Numbered from the stretch's first letter, positions 41,430-54,240 are shown. The stretch: 64,000 nt of DNA from an uncultured Chthonomonadaceae bacterium (GCA_963817895.1 CAWFQB010000001.1:1408001-1472000), one strand, 5' to 3'. The notes: generated by a model from the letters alone, not told the origin. A program made the numbers and translations.

Positions 41430-42543
41430 ATGCGCCAACATAATGATCCCGATGTGCTTTCGCAGGCGATTGCCGAGCCGTCCCGCCGCGCCCTGCTGGA
41501 GAATTTGCGCTTTGGAGCAAAGACCGTGACGCAACTGGTGGACGCCACCGCGCTCAAGCAGCCCAACGTCTCGAACCATCTGGCGAAAATGAAGCAGCAG
41601 GGTATTGTACGGTCGGAACGCATCGGGCGTCAAGTGATACTACTCGCTTTCCACGCCTTTCGCGGACGTGCTGATGCGGATGCACGAGTTTGCGGCCAAT
41701 TCCACGCTGCCACCCTCTGCGGTTGTTCCCGCTTCTGCCGGGGATAATCATTCTTCCATGCAGAACGGGCGCGATCCCACTGGCTTGCCCTCCGACAATC
41801 CTGCGGAACATCAAAATCGTGATGCAAGCCATGGCGCGGCCACCCATAAGACACGGCAGGCTTCTCTTGACGCAACCTTGACGCAAAGCCGGGAAGCGTA
41901 TTTTACCGCTGTGATGGCGGGAGATGAGGAGCAGGTCGTCACGCTGATCAATTCGCTGGTGGCGCAGCGCCTGCCGATAGAGACTATTTACCTGGAAGTG
42001 TTCGCCAAAAGCATAAACCACATTGGCGATTTGTACCGGCAGGGCGTCACGGACGAGGCGCATGAACACATGGCTTCGGCTATTACGGAGCGCATCATGG
42101 CGCGCGTGACGCAGTTTTATATGCCGGTCGCGCGAGTCTCCTACCGGGCGGTGCTGGGCTGCGTGGCCGACAACTGGCATACGCTCGGCCTGCGCATGTT
42201 GGCGGACGGATTGAAGACACTGGGGTGGGAAACCCTTTTTCTGGGCGCGAACGTGCCGACCGCCAGTTTTATCGCGATGGCGCAGGGGATACGGCCCGAT
42301 CTCGTGATTGTCTCCTGCGCCATGAAGGAGCAGAGGGAAACGGCGCGCGAACTGCTGAACGGGCTGGATGCGGCGCGGCAACAAATGGACTCGCCGCCAT
42401 TTCAAATCGCTGCCGGCGGACACTACTTTCTGGAGTCTGACGCGGAAGTATCCGATTTGCCTGTAGATTTTACGGCTGCGGACCTGCGCCAGTTTTTACA
42501 GGCGGTGCAGGCGCGTTTCACCGATGTTGAAAAGCGTTTTTGA
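41430..42543 (+). CDS. ArsR-type HTH fused to a cobalamin-binding domain, one extra base near 41637
   Basis: AEPSRRALL…KQPNVSNHLAKM…RIGRQV/YYSL, then EHMASA, WHTLGLRM and LGANVP B12-binding motifs. Confidence 0.82.
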
Positions 42544-42613
42544 ACTCTTCCACCCTCATGTTGTCTAGTTAGAGCAGACAGAAAAAATATTTTGTAAAAT
42601 TTCACAAAAACCC

Positions 42614-42644
42614 TTGTCAAATCTGGCTGACAGTGTTATAATAT
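42614..42644 (+). promoter_or_regulatory. Sigma70-like promoter overlapping a TGTCA-N8-TGACA palindrome
   Basis: TTGTCA at 42614 and TATATAAT at 42637-42644; AT-rich UP-like tract upstream. Confidence 0.6.
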
Positions 42645-42846
42645 CCCTGTACAAAGCGACAGGGGAACAATCTACTTCGATCCTGTTGTTTTTGCAGACT
42701 TTTCAAGACGTGCTATTCCGACGCGGGGGGCGTCCGGTGTAGCCGAAGCCTTTGCAAAAGCAGGAACAGGTTAGGGAGACTGCCTGCGGATGTGAAGGAG
42801 AATACGGGCGAGACGACTTCTGGGGGGAATGTCGTCTCGCCCTTCA
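42645..42846 (+). ncRNA. Putative structured ncRNA (6S-like rod or sRNA)
   Basis: Upstream promoter; long stem CCTGTTGTTTTTGCAGA / TTTGCAAAAGCAGGAACAGG; 12-bp terminal hairpin at 42806-42842; no credible ORF. Confidence 0.45.
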
Positions 42847-42938
42847 TTCGTTTGGCTATTATATATTCGCGTTCGCTTTGTTCCTCAACCCTTAACTCAC
42901 AATTCTCAACCCTCAACCTTTTTGGGTACAATGGAGTT

Positions 42939-45739
42939 ATGAACAGAAGGTACCAATCTTTGTCTTTGCTTGCGGGCTTTCCGCTGGCCTGTGCCGCTTC
43001 CTGCGCAATGGCGCAATCCTCCGCTTTGCCGCAGGCAGAAAAGCCGGTGGGCAAGCCGTTGCCGCATCGCGTGTTCGCTTCCAGCCGTATCAATATAGAT
43101 AAGGTTCTCGCCCGCCCGTATGATTCGGAAGTGCCGTTCGGCGCGTCCGGGGAAGTTGTGTGGGCCACCAGTCCGCAGGGATGGGCGTTTCGGGATGGCG
43201 TTCACCTGCTGTACATCAGCGACAAAGATACTGCCGGACTATTCGACCTGACCATACGCGGCGGCGACAACAATTATGTCGTGGACAAAGCCGAGTACAC
43301 GCCGAGCCATGTTCACCTTACCGGCGCGCCCGGCAGCCTTCTGACCGCCTCCGCCTCGTTCACCCACCATCACCGACAAAGTGGACAATCCACTTTCCAA
43401 ACCCTTCACGCCGGAAAAACGCTGGACATGCTGGAACAGCAAACACCGAACCGATACTTACACGGTTGACTTCGGCAAACCGCGCGCCCTTACCGGCATT
43501 GACCTGTACTTTTTCTCCGATGTAGAGCAGGGCGGCGGATGCGCGCGCCCTGCCGGCGTCGAAGTGGAATTATGGCGCGACAACGCCTGGCAAAAACTCG
43601 TTTACACGCTTCCGCGCAGTGGCATGCCCTGGGATCACCCTGGCGTCACACATTTCAATTTTTACGGTGGCCCGCATACGGGCGAACGCATCCGCTTCAC
43701 CTTTCAGAATCGCGGAACCAATCTGTATACGGGGTTATATGGCGTGGAACCGGCGTTTGCAAAGGGAAAAGGGAAAAGGGAGAGAAGATACGGATACGAG
43801 ATACGAGATACGAGAAGGAGAGGATTCATCCTTCATCCTTCATCCTTCATCCTTATCCATCGTTGCTGACAAATGGATTACGGACGACGATGTTCTGGTA
43901 ACGCGGCTGACGGCTCGTAATTCAGACGCGTGTCGCGCAGCCCTTTTCTGTCCGGATGGATTCGCCTCTGAGTGGAACGCTGCGGGGGTTTGCCGATCAG
44001 CGCGACATGATGGGGCTATCCGCTGTTTCTGGCGGCATGCGGGAACGGATGGCAAAACGCGGGACACGCGCTTTGTGACCGACATCGGGCCGGGAGAAAC
44101 CCACGCTTATACGTTTGCCTGCGGCGTGGGGCATACACAGGCAGAACCGACCAAAAGTTAAAAGCCGCGCTTGCCCTTTCCGACCCGCTTGAAAGCGCAG
44201 CAGGCGGCGTATCAGAATTGGTTCGACGCCAATACCGCCCATTTCGCCTGCTCCGACCCCCTCGTATCCAAAATGTACGCCCATCGCTGGTACAACGTCA
44301 AAAAGAACAGCATGAACCCGCGAATGGGACGGCTGACGCATCGCGCGTTTGCCGAAGGGCGGTGGACATCGGACTGGTACGCCAACATTATCTCATACGG
44401 CGCGGGGCATCAGATTGACGAGGCGCGCTGGCTGCGCGATCCCTCCTACGCCTGGGGGCCGGTTCAGACGTGGACCGAAAACCCGCGCCCGGACGGCGTT
44501 TTTCCGTCCCACATTTCGCCCAAAGGACAGGAGGGCGGGCAGTATACGGACTGGATAGGTTCGACCGCATGGGACGCGTATCTGGTTCACCCGGATAAAA
44601 CGCTGTTGAGCGCGGTTGCCGACCCGGTTGCCCGCAACGCCGAAGCCTGGCGCAAAGTCTATGGCTGCGAACGACAGCCCCCTGCTTGTGGTGGACAGCC
44701 ACTGGTGGACGGGCATGGAGTGGCAGCCGAGTTTCTTCGCGTTTGCGGATTATAAAACGGGCGGCGGAGGGGGCGAAGACCGCAAGTACATGACGCCACT
44801 GCGCCGCGTGGATTTGACCGCTTACAATTATGCCAACGCGCGGAACGCCGCCCATATTTACCGCGAACTGAACCGGACGCGGGACGCGCTGCGACTGCAA
44901 ACACTGGCCGACACGACGCGCGACGCATTGCTGACGCAGATGTGGGACCCGCAAACCCACTGGTTCCACTCCCTGCGGGCAAGCGACAATGCTCCTGCGC
45001 CCACAAAAGAGATCATCGGCCTGTACCCGTTCACGTTCGATATGCCGCACAAAGGGCAAAGGGTACGAAGCCGCGTGGAACGTCGCGCTCGATCCGAAAC
45101 AGTTCTGGACGGCCTGGCCCCTCGCCTCCGTTTCCAAAGACTGCCCCGCGTATGCGCAGAACGGCTGGCCGGTCGGGCCGGGCGGAAGCATCTGCATGTG
45201 GAACGGCCCCTCCTGGCCCCACGCGAACAGCCTGGTTATGACCGCGATGGCGAACACGCTGCGGCACTACGATACAAGCGCGCTGCCCCGGCAAAAACTG
45301 CTCGATCTGTTCCTCTCGTTTACCCGCGTTCAGTACAAAGGCCAGAATGTAATGTATCCCTGGACGGGCGAGTTTTACAATGGCGATACGGGCGAGTGGA
45401 AAACCACTCAGCGCGATTACAACCATTCGACGTGGATAGACCCGCTGATTCGGCATCTGCTCGGACTGGTTCCGCGCAATGACGACATTCTGGAAATTGA
45501 TCCCCTGTTGCCTCCGGGCGCGTGGCCGTACTATGTGCTGGACGGGCAGGCATACCGGGGACACGACATCACGCTGGCCTGGGATACACAGGGCGGACAT
45601 ATTGCGCCCGGCTTTACAGGCTACGGGGTGTATCTGGACGGCAAAGAAATCTATCACAATTCGCAGCCGACGCATGTACTTTACGATATGGCGCGGGACA
45701 GGCGGATTCGCGCGTTCCACAACGGGGCAGGGGCAATGA
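42939..45739 (+). CDS. Secreted MGH1/GH63-like (alpha/alpha)6 glycoside hydrolase with discoidin-like module, multiple frameshifts
   Basis: Signal peptide, TVDFGKPR, WWTGME, WNGPSWP, EFYNGDTG and DYNHST motifs. Fragments lie in successive frames; probable true stop is TGA 45737-45739, overlapping the rimI ATG. Confidence 0.75.
43761..43858. repeat. Composite heptamer repeat block within the hydrolase gene
   Basis: (AAAGGGA)n and (GATACGA)n, then (TTCATCC)x4. Confidence 0.9.
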
Positions 45740-46332
45740 CGATTCCCGGCGAACCGGCACAAACGGTTTCCATTGAGCCGATGCGCCATACGGATATGGA
45801 AACTGTCGCGCGAATTGACCGGCGCTGCTTCCCCTCCCCCTGGCTGCCCACGTCCTACCTGACCGAGCTTTCCAACCGGGCGGCCTGCTATCTGGTGGCG
45901 CGGATGGGGAATGAAGTGGTCGCGTATGCGGGCGAGTGGGTATTGGTCAAGGAGGCGCACATCACCACGCTGGCGGTAGACCCCGCGCATCAGGGACGCA
46001 GAATCGGCGAACGCCTGCTGATCGCGATGCTGGAAGAGGCGATACTGCGGGGCGCGTCCCATGTCACGCTGGAAGTGCGCGAAGGCAACCGGGCGGCGCA
46101 GCGCCTGTACTGCAAATACGGTTTTCGCAACGTCGCGATCCGCAAAAACTACTATACCGACAACGGCGAAAACGCCCTCGTGATGTGGGCCGAAGAGATC
46201 AACACCAACGATTACGCCCTGCGCCTGCGCCAACAGCGCGAACAGGTGTATGAAGCCTGCCCGCGCTGTGCCGATAATTTCCCCGCGCTTCCCACAGTTT
46301 GTCAATACAGGGGTATAATTAGAGCGTCATAG
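45736..46332 (+). CDS. rimI: Ribosomal protein S18-alanine N-acetyltransferase RimI
   Basis: EAHITTLAV, GRRIG, TLEVREGN and RKNYYTDNGENALVMW motifs. Confidence 0.9.
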   Translation: MTIPGEPAQTVSIEPMRHTDMETVARIDRRCFPSPWLPTSYLTELSNRAACYLVARMGNEVVAYAGEWVLVKEAHITTLAVDPAHQGRRIGERLLIAMLEEAILRGASHVTLEVREGNRAAQRLYCKYGFRNVAIRKNYYTDNGENALVMWAEEINTNDYALRLRQQREQVYEACPRCADNFPALPTVCQYRGIIRAS

Positions 46333-46408
46333 TGTACGGGCATTGAGCAGAAGCGTTGTGATAAACGTTTTAATACTTAATGCTGAACGCTTTCTAAAGT
46401 TATACCCG

Positions 46409-49154
<2,746 letters not shown>

Positions 49155-49158
<4 letters not shown>

Positions 49159-49180
49159 CATACTACCGATAATATGTCAA
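49155..49180 (+). promoter_or_regulatory. Palindromic operator/promoter TTGACATA-N10-TATGTCAA
   Basis: Perfect 8-bp inverted repeat containing a consensus -35, upstream of the 49266 ORF. Confidence 0.6.
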
Positions 49181-49265
49181 GATAAATATACACGCTTGCT
49201 TCGCGATTTGATTTGTGCAGTCCTAAACGAGTTTGCGCTTGCTGATGTTCAAGGAGGACATAACT

Positions 49266-50021
49266 GTGAGCAATTCTGATATACCTGATGTAGAAGAAGA
49301 CACTGGAGAACCCTCAATAGAGGACCCGGGTATCTTCGATCCCATTTGTAAGCCCATAGGTTTTGCTTTTTCACCAATCATGGATACGGCGGAAGCAGCC
49401 GTCAGGAACGCTGTGGGCCAGCAAGTAATTACTGACCAGACTCTCATCGGCCTGGTATCTCTTGCCGGTAAAGCTGTTGTTGATTGTCCCATCAAGATCA
49501 CCAGCACCGACAAAACCGTTATTCTGCCGCAGCCAACGGTTACCATTCCATGGGGATATACAACGGCGCGCGTTTACGCTATTTACCGCTCAACGACTCC
49601 CACTCCCTTGACAGCCATAAATATCAATGCGGAAAACGAATATGGACGCCTGACCGCGAAAATTGTGCTGCCCGTAGACCACCTTCGCGCGCCCGGTATT
49701 TTGGCAATAGATAGCAGGCAAGTGAGGGAAATCTCTTTTCCTCCTCAAATTCGAGTTGGCGCAAGCGCGACAGGACATGTAAAAATAGATGCGCCTGCGC
49801 CCCTGAATGGAACAGTCGTCAAGTTGATTGTCAACGACGACGACGCCACCTCCATCCAATTGCCGCCGGGAGGAATTGTCACCGTTCCTCATAACTGCGA
49901 TACTGCCGATGTACCCATTACCATCCTGTCCGTTCCGCCTTCTGAGCCACTGATTGTGGACGCGCGCACTCTAGACCATGAAGACAGCGTGCCGTCCAAC
50001 CCCATCATGGTATATCCGTAA
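49266..50021 (+). CDS. Hypothetical protein with two Ig-like beta-rich repeats
   Basis: AAGGAGG RBS plus GTG; repeated pattern GxVx(L/I)…VT(I/V)P…TA; no signal peptide. Confidence 0.7.
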   Translation: MSNSDIPDVEEDTGEPSIEDPGIFDPICKPIGFAFSPIMDTAEAAVRNAVGQQVITDQTLIGLVSLAGKAVVDCPIKITSTDKTVILPQPTVTIPWGYTTARVYAIYRSTTPTPLTAININAENEYGRLTAKIVLPVDHLRAPGILAIDSRQVREISFPPQIRVGASATGHVKIDAPAPLNGTVVKLIVNDDDATSIQLPPGGIVTVPHNCDTADVPITILSVPPSEPLIVDARTLDHEDSVPSNPIMVYP

Positions 50022-50031
50022 GGCTGGCTTA

Positions 50032-50086
50032 CCTCACCCCACCCCCTCTCCTAGTCGCGCAACGCGCTAGGAGAGGGGCTTTTTGT
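50032..50086 (+). terminator. REP-like hairpin / rho-independent terminator
   Basis: CCCCTCTCCTAG…CTAGGAGAGGGG followed by a T tract. Confidence 0.75.
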
Positions 50087-50210
50087 TTATCCACTATCCT
50101 GACCGCCTATTCATCTGAACATGTTCAAGCACAGCAAACGTGTTTCCTTGCGTCAGGGAGGGCTTTTATGTGTGGTAATGGAACAAAATAGTTCCGTGCT
50201 ATAATAGGGT

Positions 50211-51224
50211 ATGAACGTACTTGGAGTGGAAACCAGTTGTGATGAGACTTCGGCGGCCATTGTAACCGATGGCCGCCGGGTTTGCGCCAATATCATCGCG
50301 AGTCAGGCCGATTTACACGCGCGATATGGCGGCGTCGTGCCGGAAGTGGCGTCGCGCAAGCATGTGGAGCGGATGCTGCCCGTCGCGCAGGAGGCTCTGG
50401 ACGCGGCGGGCATGACGTATGCCGACATTGATGCGCTTGCCGTGACCAATCGCCCCGGACTGCTCGGCGCGCTGCTTGTCGGCGTGTCGTTTGTGAAAGC
50501 GCTGAGTTACGCCCGCAACATTCCGCTTGTCGGCGTTCACCATCTGGAGGGACACGTTTATTCCAACTTCCTCGCCGCCCCCGATCTGATTGACTCGCCC
50601 GACGCCTTTCCCCTGCTTGTGCTGATCGTATCCGGCGGGCATACGCAGATTGTCCGCATGGATGGACACGGACAATACGCCCTGCTTGGCGCGACGCGCG
50701 ACGATGCCGCCGGGGAAGCCTTCGACAAGGGGGCCAGACTGCTCGGCCTGCCTTATCCGGGCGGCCCCAACATTGCCCGCCTTGCCGAAGAGGGCGACCC
50801 GAAGCGAATCGCGTTTCCCCGCTCGTGGATGGGCGACAGTCTGGATTTCAGTTTCAGCGGCGTGAAAACCGCCCTGCGCTCGTTTGTCGCCAAAGATGCG
50901 GGCCAAACGGCTTTGCCCGATGTCGCGGCCAGTTATCAGGCGGCGATTGTGGATGTTCTGGTGGAGAAAATGCGGCGGGCGGCACGGCGAACGGGCGTTC
51001 ATACCCTTTGCGTGGCGGGCGGCGTGGCGGCGAACCGGAGCTTGCAGGCAGGATTGCAGGCGATGGCGGAGGGGGAAGGCTTGCGTCTGGTCGCGCCCGA
51101 ACCCGTCCTTTGCACCGACAACGCGGCCATGATCGCGGCGGCGGGCTATTTCCGCATCACGCGACACGGCCCGGACACCCTCGCGCTGGACACGTATGCC
51201 TCCGAAGCGCTTACGGGAAGGTAG
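50211..51224 (+). CDS. tsaD: tRNA threonylcarbamoyltransferase TsaD
   Basis: ETSCDET, GGVVPEVASRKH, HHLEGH, VSGGHT, DDAAGEAFDK and CTDNAAMI motifs. Confidence 0.97.
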   Translation: MNVLGVETSCDETSAAIVTDGRRVCANIIASQADLHARYGGVVPEVASRKHVERMLPVAQEALDAAGMTYADIDALAVTNRPGLLGALLVGVSFVKALSYARNIPLVGVHHLEGHVYSNFLAAPDLIDSPDAFPLLVLIVSGGHTQIVRMDGHGQYALLGATRDDAAGEAFDKGARLLGLPYPGGPNIARLAEEGDPKRIAFPRSWMGDSLDFSFSGVKTALRSFVAKDAGQTALPDVAASYQAAIVDVLVEKMRRAARRTGVHTLCVAGGVAANRSLQAGLQAMAEGEGLRLVAPEPVLCTDNAAMIAAAGYFRITRHGPDTLALDTYASEALTGR

Positions 51225-51240
51225 ATGGGTAGATGGGTAG
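51220..51240. repeat. (GGTAGATG)n octamer arm containing the tsaD stop
   Basis: Read directly; inverted relative to 51619-51647. Confidence 0.85.
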
Positions 51241-51250
51241 CCGTACTATG

Positions 51251-51607
51251 CTACTGTGACGCTAACATGGCTTTCATGTAAGCATCCAACATTCGGCTGA
51301 CGCTGTTGAGAGACTCGTGCAATGTTTGCGTGTCGCCGTAGCCCAGATCACGCGAAAGTATCAGATAGTAGCGACACTCTTCCAATGAACCCTGAGCGAT
51401 GTTGTAAAAACGCGCTTTATCGGCTTTGCCAGCGCGCTTGAAGTCTTCGGCAATGTTGGCCGGTATGGAAACGGCGGCGCGGCGCAGTTGAGAGGTGAGG
51501 CCGTACAACTCGTGTTTAGGAAAGTCTGCTGTGAGAGTATACACTTGAAGAACGCAGGAGTGTGCCAGTTGCCATACTTCCAGACGCTCAAAAGTCGCTG
51601 ATGCCAT
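51251..51607 (-). CDS. Four-helix-bundle protein (23S rRNA IVP / Avd-like fold)
   Basis: FERLEVWQ, FPKHELYGLTSQLRRAAVSIPANIAE and IAQGSLEE motifs. Confidence 0.93.
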   Translation of the reverse strand: MASATFERLEVWQLAHSCVLQVYTLTADFPKHELYGLTSQLRRAAVSIPANIAEDFKRAGKADKARFYNIAQGSLEECRYYLILSRDLGYGDTQTLHESLNSVSRMLDAYMKAMLASQ

Positions 51608-51618
51608 AGTTCCTCCTG

Positions 51619-51647
51619 CTACCTATCTACCCACCTACCTATCTACC
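51619..51647. repeat. (CTACCTAT)n octamer arm containing the receiver-gene stop
   Basis: Reverse complement GGTAGATAGGTAGGTGGGTAGATAGGTAG. Confidence 0.85.
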
Positions 51648-52032
51648 TTGCCAGGATTTCGCGGATACGCTCGGCAAGGACGCTCATGCGGAAGGGTTTG
51701 CGGATGATTTCCACGACGTTGGGCGTCAGTCCCAAATCTTCCGCGTCCAGGTCGTGTCCGGTGGCGATCAGGACGGGAACATCGGGCAGACGGGCGTGGA
51801 ATTCGCGGGCGACCGTCACGCCGTTCATTCCCGCCATAGACATGTCGGTGATAATCAGGTCAATGCGCAGGCCGAGTTCGGCGGCAAGCAAATCCAGCGC
51901 CTCCTGCCCGCTGTGCGCCACATGTACCTGAAATCGGCGATTGGTCATGGCCTGCTGAAACAGGTCTGTAATCATGGGTTCGTCATCAATAATCAGCAGG
52001 GTTGGGGTCTCGGTCGGCGGCTGAGTGTCCAT
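51643..52032 (-). CDS. Single-domain response regulator (receiver)
   Basis: IIDDE, ITDMSM, ATG and KPF motifs. Confidence 0.9.
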   Translation of the reverse strand: MDTQPPTETPTLLIIDDEPMITDLFQQAMTNRRFQVHVAHSGQEALDLLAAELGLRIDLIITDMSMAGMNGVTVAREFHARLPDVPVLIATGHDLDAEDLGLTPNVVEIIRKPFRMSVLAERIREILAR

Positions 52033-52313
52033 GCGTTTCTCCCGAACTGCAAGCGTTGCGTCAAAGGTGACGCCGGATGGAGTGAGGCTGCGCCCGCAAC
52101 AATGTTATTTGCGCGTCAGGGGCGGGTGGCACAAGATCGCATCGTAGAATCTACATCGGGGTACATTCAGCCTGCATTTCGCGCTTGTGCCGGAAAATTC
52201 CTGCGCGTCAGCAAAATATTCTGAAGTTGCGATAATTAGCCCTGTACGACAAACGCGCCCTCGCCTGTAAAGGTAAGGACGCGGAGCATCAGGTACGGTG
52301 CAAAAGCCGTATT

Positions 52314-52634
52314 CTACAAAATTTCTATTGGATAGGTGGTCATCCAAATGTCAATTTGCTGGAACCGGGCTTTCACACGTTCCTTAAACATCAGGAAGAA
52401 TTGGCGGCTTTCAGGAACGTCCGAAGTGTCTACGAACACTCGAATCAGTTCATCGCGGAAGAGTTCATCCTCGTGACGCCACAGGCCGCGAATGATTTGG
52501 GTTTCGGATGAGACAGCGCCGAAGCGTTCTTCCAATTCGAGCAGGGTTTCAGCAATCAACTCGTTCGGCACGGGCTGCCCGTCGTTAAACCTTCGCGGCA
52601 GGAGGAGTTCGTACCGCCGAAATGAGGCGTTCAT
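52314..52634 (-). CDS. Hypothetical protein with a PII/ferredoxin-like pattern
   Basis: RYELLLPRRFNDG…GLW…RDE…KARFQQ; overlapped by the upstream small ORF. Confidence 0.7.
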   Translation of the reverse strand: MNASFRRYELLLPRRFNDGQPVPNELIAETLLELEERFGAVSSETQIIRGLWRHEDELFRDELIRVFVDTSDVPESRQFFLMFKERVKARFQQIDIWMTTYPIEIL

Positions 52635-52806
52635 AGGTAGCCTGCCCCTCAACGGAGAAAGGAATGTTCTCCGTCGCTAAATACGCCAATGCTGTTTCCG
52701 GCACTGCCATTTCCCCGTTTGCCCAACTTTTGAATGAGAAACGGCCCGCCAAAAAGCCCAGAGCGCGACGCTTAGAGTCGGCGTCGGGAAAGCGAATAAG
52801 TATCAT
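52585..52806 (-). CDS. Small hypothetical protein, upstream partner
   Basis: 73 aa with a GAGGA RBS; 50-bp overlap with the downstream gene. Confidence 0.6.
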   Translation of the reverse strand: MILIRFPDADSKRRALGFLAGRFSFKSWANGEMAVPETALAYLATENIPFSVEGQATYERLISAVRTPPAAKV

Positions 52807-52953
52807 CAGTATATCCTCTACAGGCTCAAAAGAACAATGGGCGCGACACAAGACAATAAACAAATGCGCAGGGTGACAGCCTTTTCCGTTAGTTTTCTTC
52901 TCTTATATTATACCCGATGGCAAACGCCTGAAACGGCAGCCATATAAATTAGA

Positions 52954-53646
52954 TTACGCCTTTGTTTTTAAGGAGCGAACGACTTCTGAAATAATTCGAG
53001 CGTATTCGTTGTAGTCAGGGTAAGCAGGGTGTTTTATGGACTGGATCAGCAAACTATCGGAATGTCGGTAACGATTGCGAAAGCGCAGCGGAGGAGTTAG
53101 CCGCCACATGGCGTTAAATGCGGCTAATCCCGGTTCCCCGGACACGAATATCACATGCGGGTCCAATGCGACCATCTCCACGCGTATAAAGTCAGCAGTT
53201 GTACTCGTCCCGCTTGCAGTAATGCTCTTGGCATCCTGCTTCTTGTTAGGATTTGAGGTCGGCCGGATGTTGTAGTAAGCGACCTTCTTGACAACAGATT
53301 CCAGTCCCTTCCTATCTTTGTAGGCCATTTTCAAATTGGAGGGGCTTGGAATTGCTCCGTCTACATACGCATCAATGAGAGTTCGAACAAGCGCAAACGT
53401 GTAACGAACAGTTCTCGTTCCTGTATTCCCACTATCATACATCCATTCAAGGAGACAGTCAAAGTCAACGTCAACAAAGCCGGATTTATCATATCCGTAT
53501 GATTCCATGTTGACAGCGAGTACCCGTAATGGAGCATTCCAGTAGTCGTCTGCGGCAGGAGCGTGGAACATGTGATGTTCGCAACCGATATCTTGAAGAT
53601 GTTGGCGAGTTTGCTGTTTCGAGAACGTGTAATCTTGCTTTGACAT
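52954..53646 (-). CDS. Hypothetical protein, possibly uracil-DNA-glycosylase-like fold
   Basis: LDPHVIFVSG and IKHPAY patterns; AT-richer than the backbone. Confidence 0.55.
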   Translation of the reverse strand: MSKQDYTFSKQQTRQHLQDIGCEHHMFHAPAADDYWNAPLRVLAVNMESYGYDKSGFVDVDFDCLLEWMYDSGNTGTRTVRYTFALVRTLIDAYVDGAIPSPSNLKMAYKDRKGLESVVKKVAYYNIRPTSNPNKKQDAKSITASGTSTTADFIRVEMVALDPHVIFVSGEPGLAAFNAMWRLTPPLRFRNRYRHSDSLLIQSIKHPAYPDYNEYARIISEVVRSLKTKA

Positions 53647-53766
53647 AGGAAATATAAAAGACCTAACTGCTGACTTTACCAGCATAGAATTTTAACTTGG
53701 CACAGCCCGTCGGTTCCTGCCGGAAATTGTTCGCCTGAGTAACATGAGTAACCAAGACGAATTAAT

Positions 53767-54240
53767 TTAATCTTCCATCAAGTCAAGGAACTCTTGAGGA
53801 TCGGAAATTGTCCAAAGCGCATGTCCCCTCCCGCCGCACTTCGAAGAGATTGTATAACGTGGAAGCTTGTGTTTCCATTTTACTTGTCGCAGATGAGGGG
53901 CTTTTGCAAATGTGCTGGGGTCATACCTGTAACAGCCATTTACAGTCCCAATGTAGACCATAGATGTGTCGTCATCTTCATAAACGACAATATCGACACA
54001 TTGCATAACATGGCGGAAGCGATATAAATGACCAGCGCCCTGTTCGATTCGATGTTGGGCAATTTTCGGATGCGTATCCGTCAAGTGTTCCTTGATTGCC
54101 TTCTGATTTGCAGGGAGTTGTGACAGATCGCCTACATCCGGCCAGCCTATACATATCTCTTGTTGCTCCTTGAAAAGACTACCAGCGTCGAAATGCTCAC
54201 CGCCCGCCCGTATTCCCCAAACTCTTCGATTTGCTTCCAT
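53767..54240 (-). CDS. Stand-alone N-terminal domain of an Mrr-like restriction protein
   Basis: WGIRAG, IGWPDVGDL, DIVV…IGTV…Y…R.VKW pattern; no nuclease domain follows. Confidence 0.65.
   Translation of the reverse strand: MEANRRVWGIRAGGEHFDAGSLFKEQQEICIGWPDVGDLSQLPANQKAIKEHLTDTHPKIAQHRIEQGAGHLYRFRHVMQCVDIVVYEDDDTSMVYIGTVNGCYRYDPSTFAKAPHLRQVKWKHKLPRYTISSKCGGRGHALWTISDPQEFLDLMED

Noticed and set aside
44989..46332. Novel glycoside hydrolase-RimI fusion
   Set aside because: An alternate frame ends in TGA at 45737-45739, overlapping the rimI ATG (ATGA coupling), in a frameshift-rich region; the fusion is most likely an artefact.
51251..51607. Diversity-generating retroelement
   Set aside because: The fold is Avd-like, but the window has no reverse transcriptase and no TR/VR pair. 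The 121-bp repeat at 61.7/62.8 kb is better explained as an insertion-site duplication of a transporter tail.
52940..53670. Integron cassette boundaries around the 52954 gene
   Set aside because: GTTAGGT precedes the start, but the downstream site (ATCTAAT) is imperfect and no attC stem is visible.
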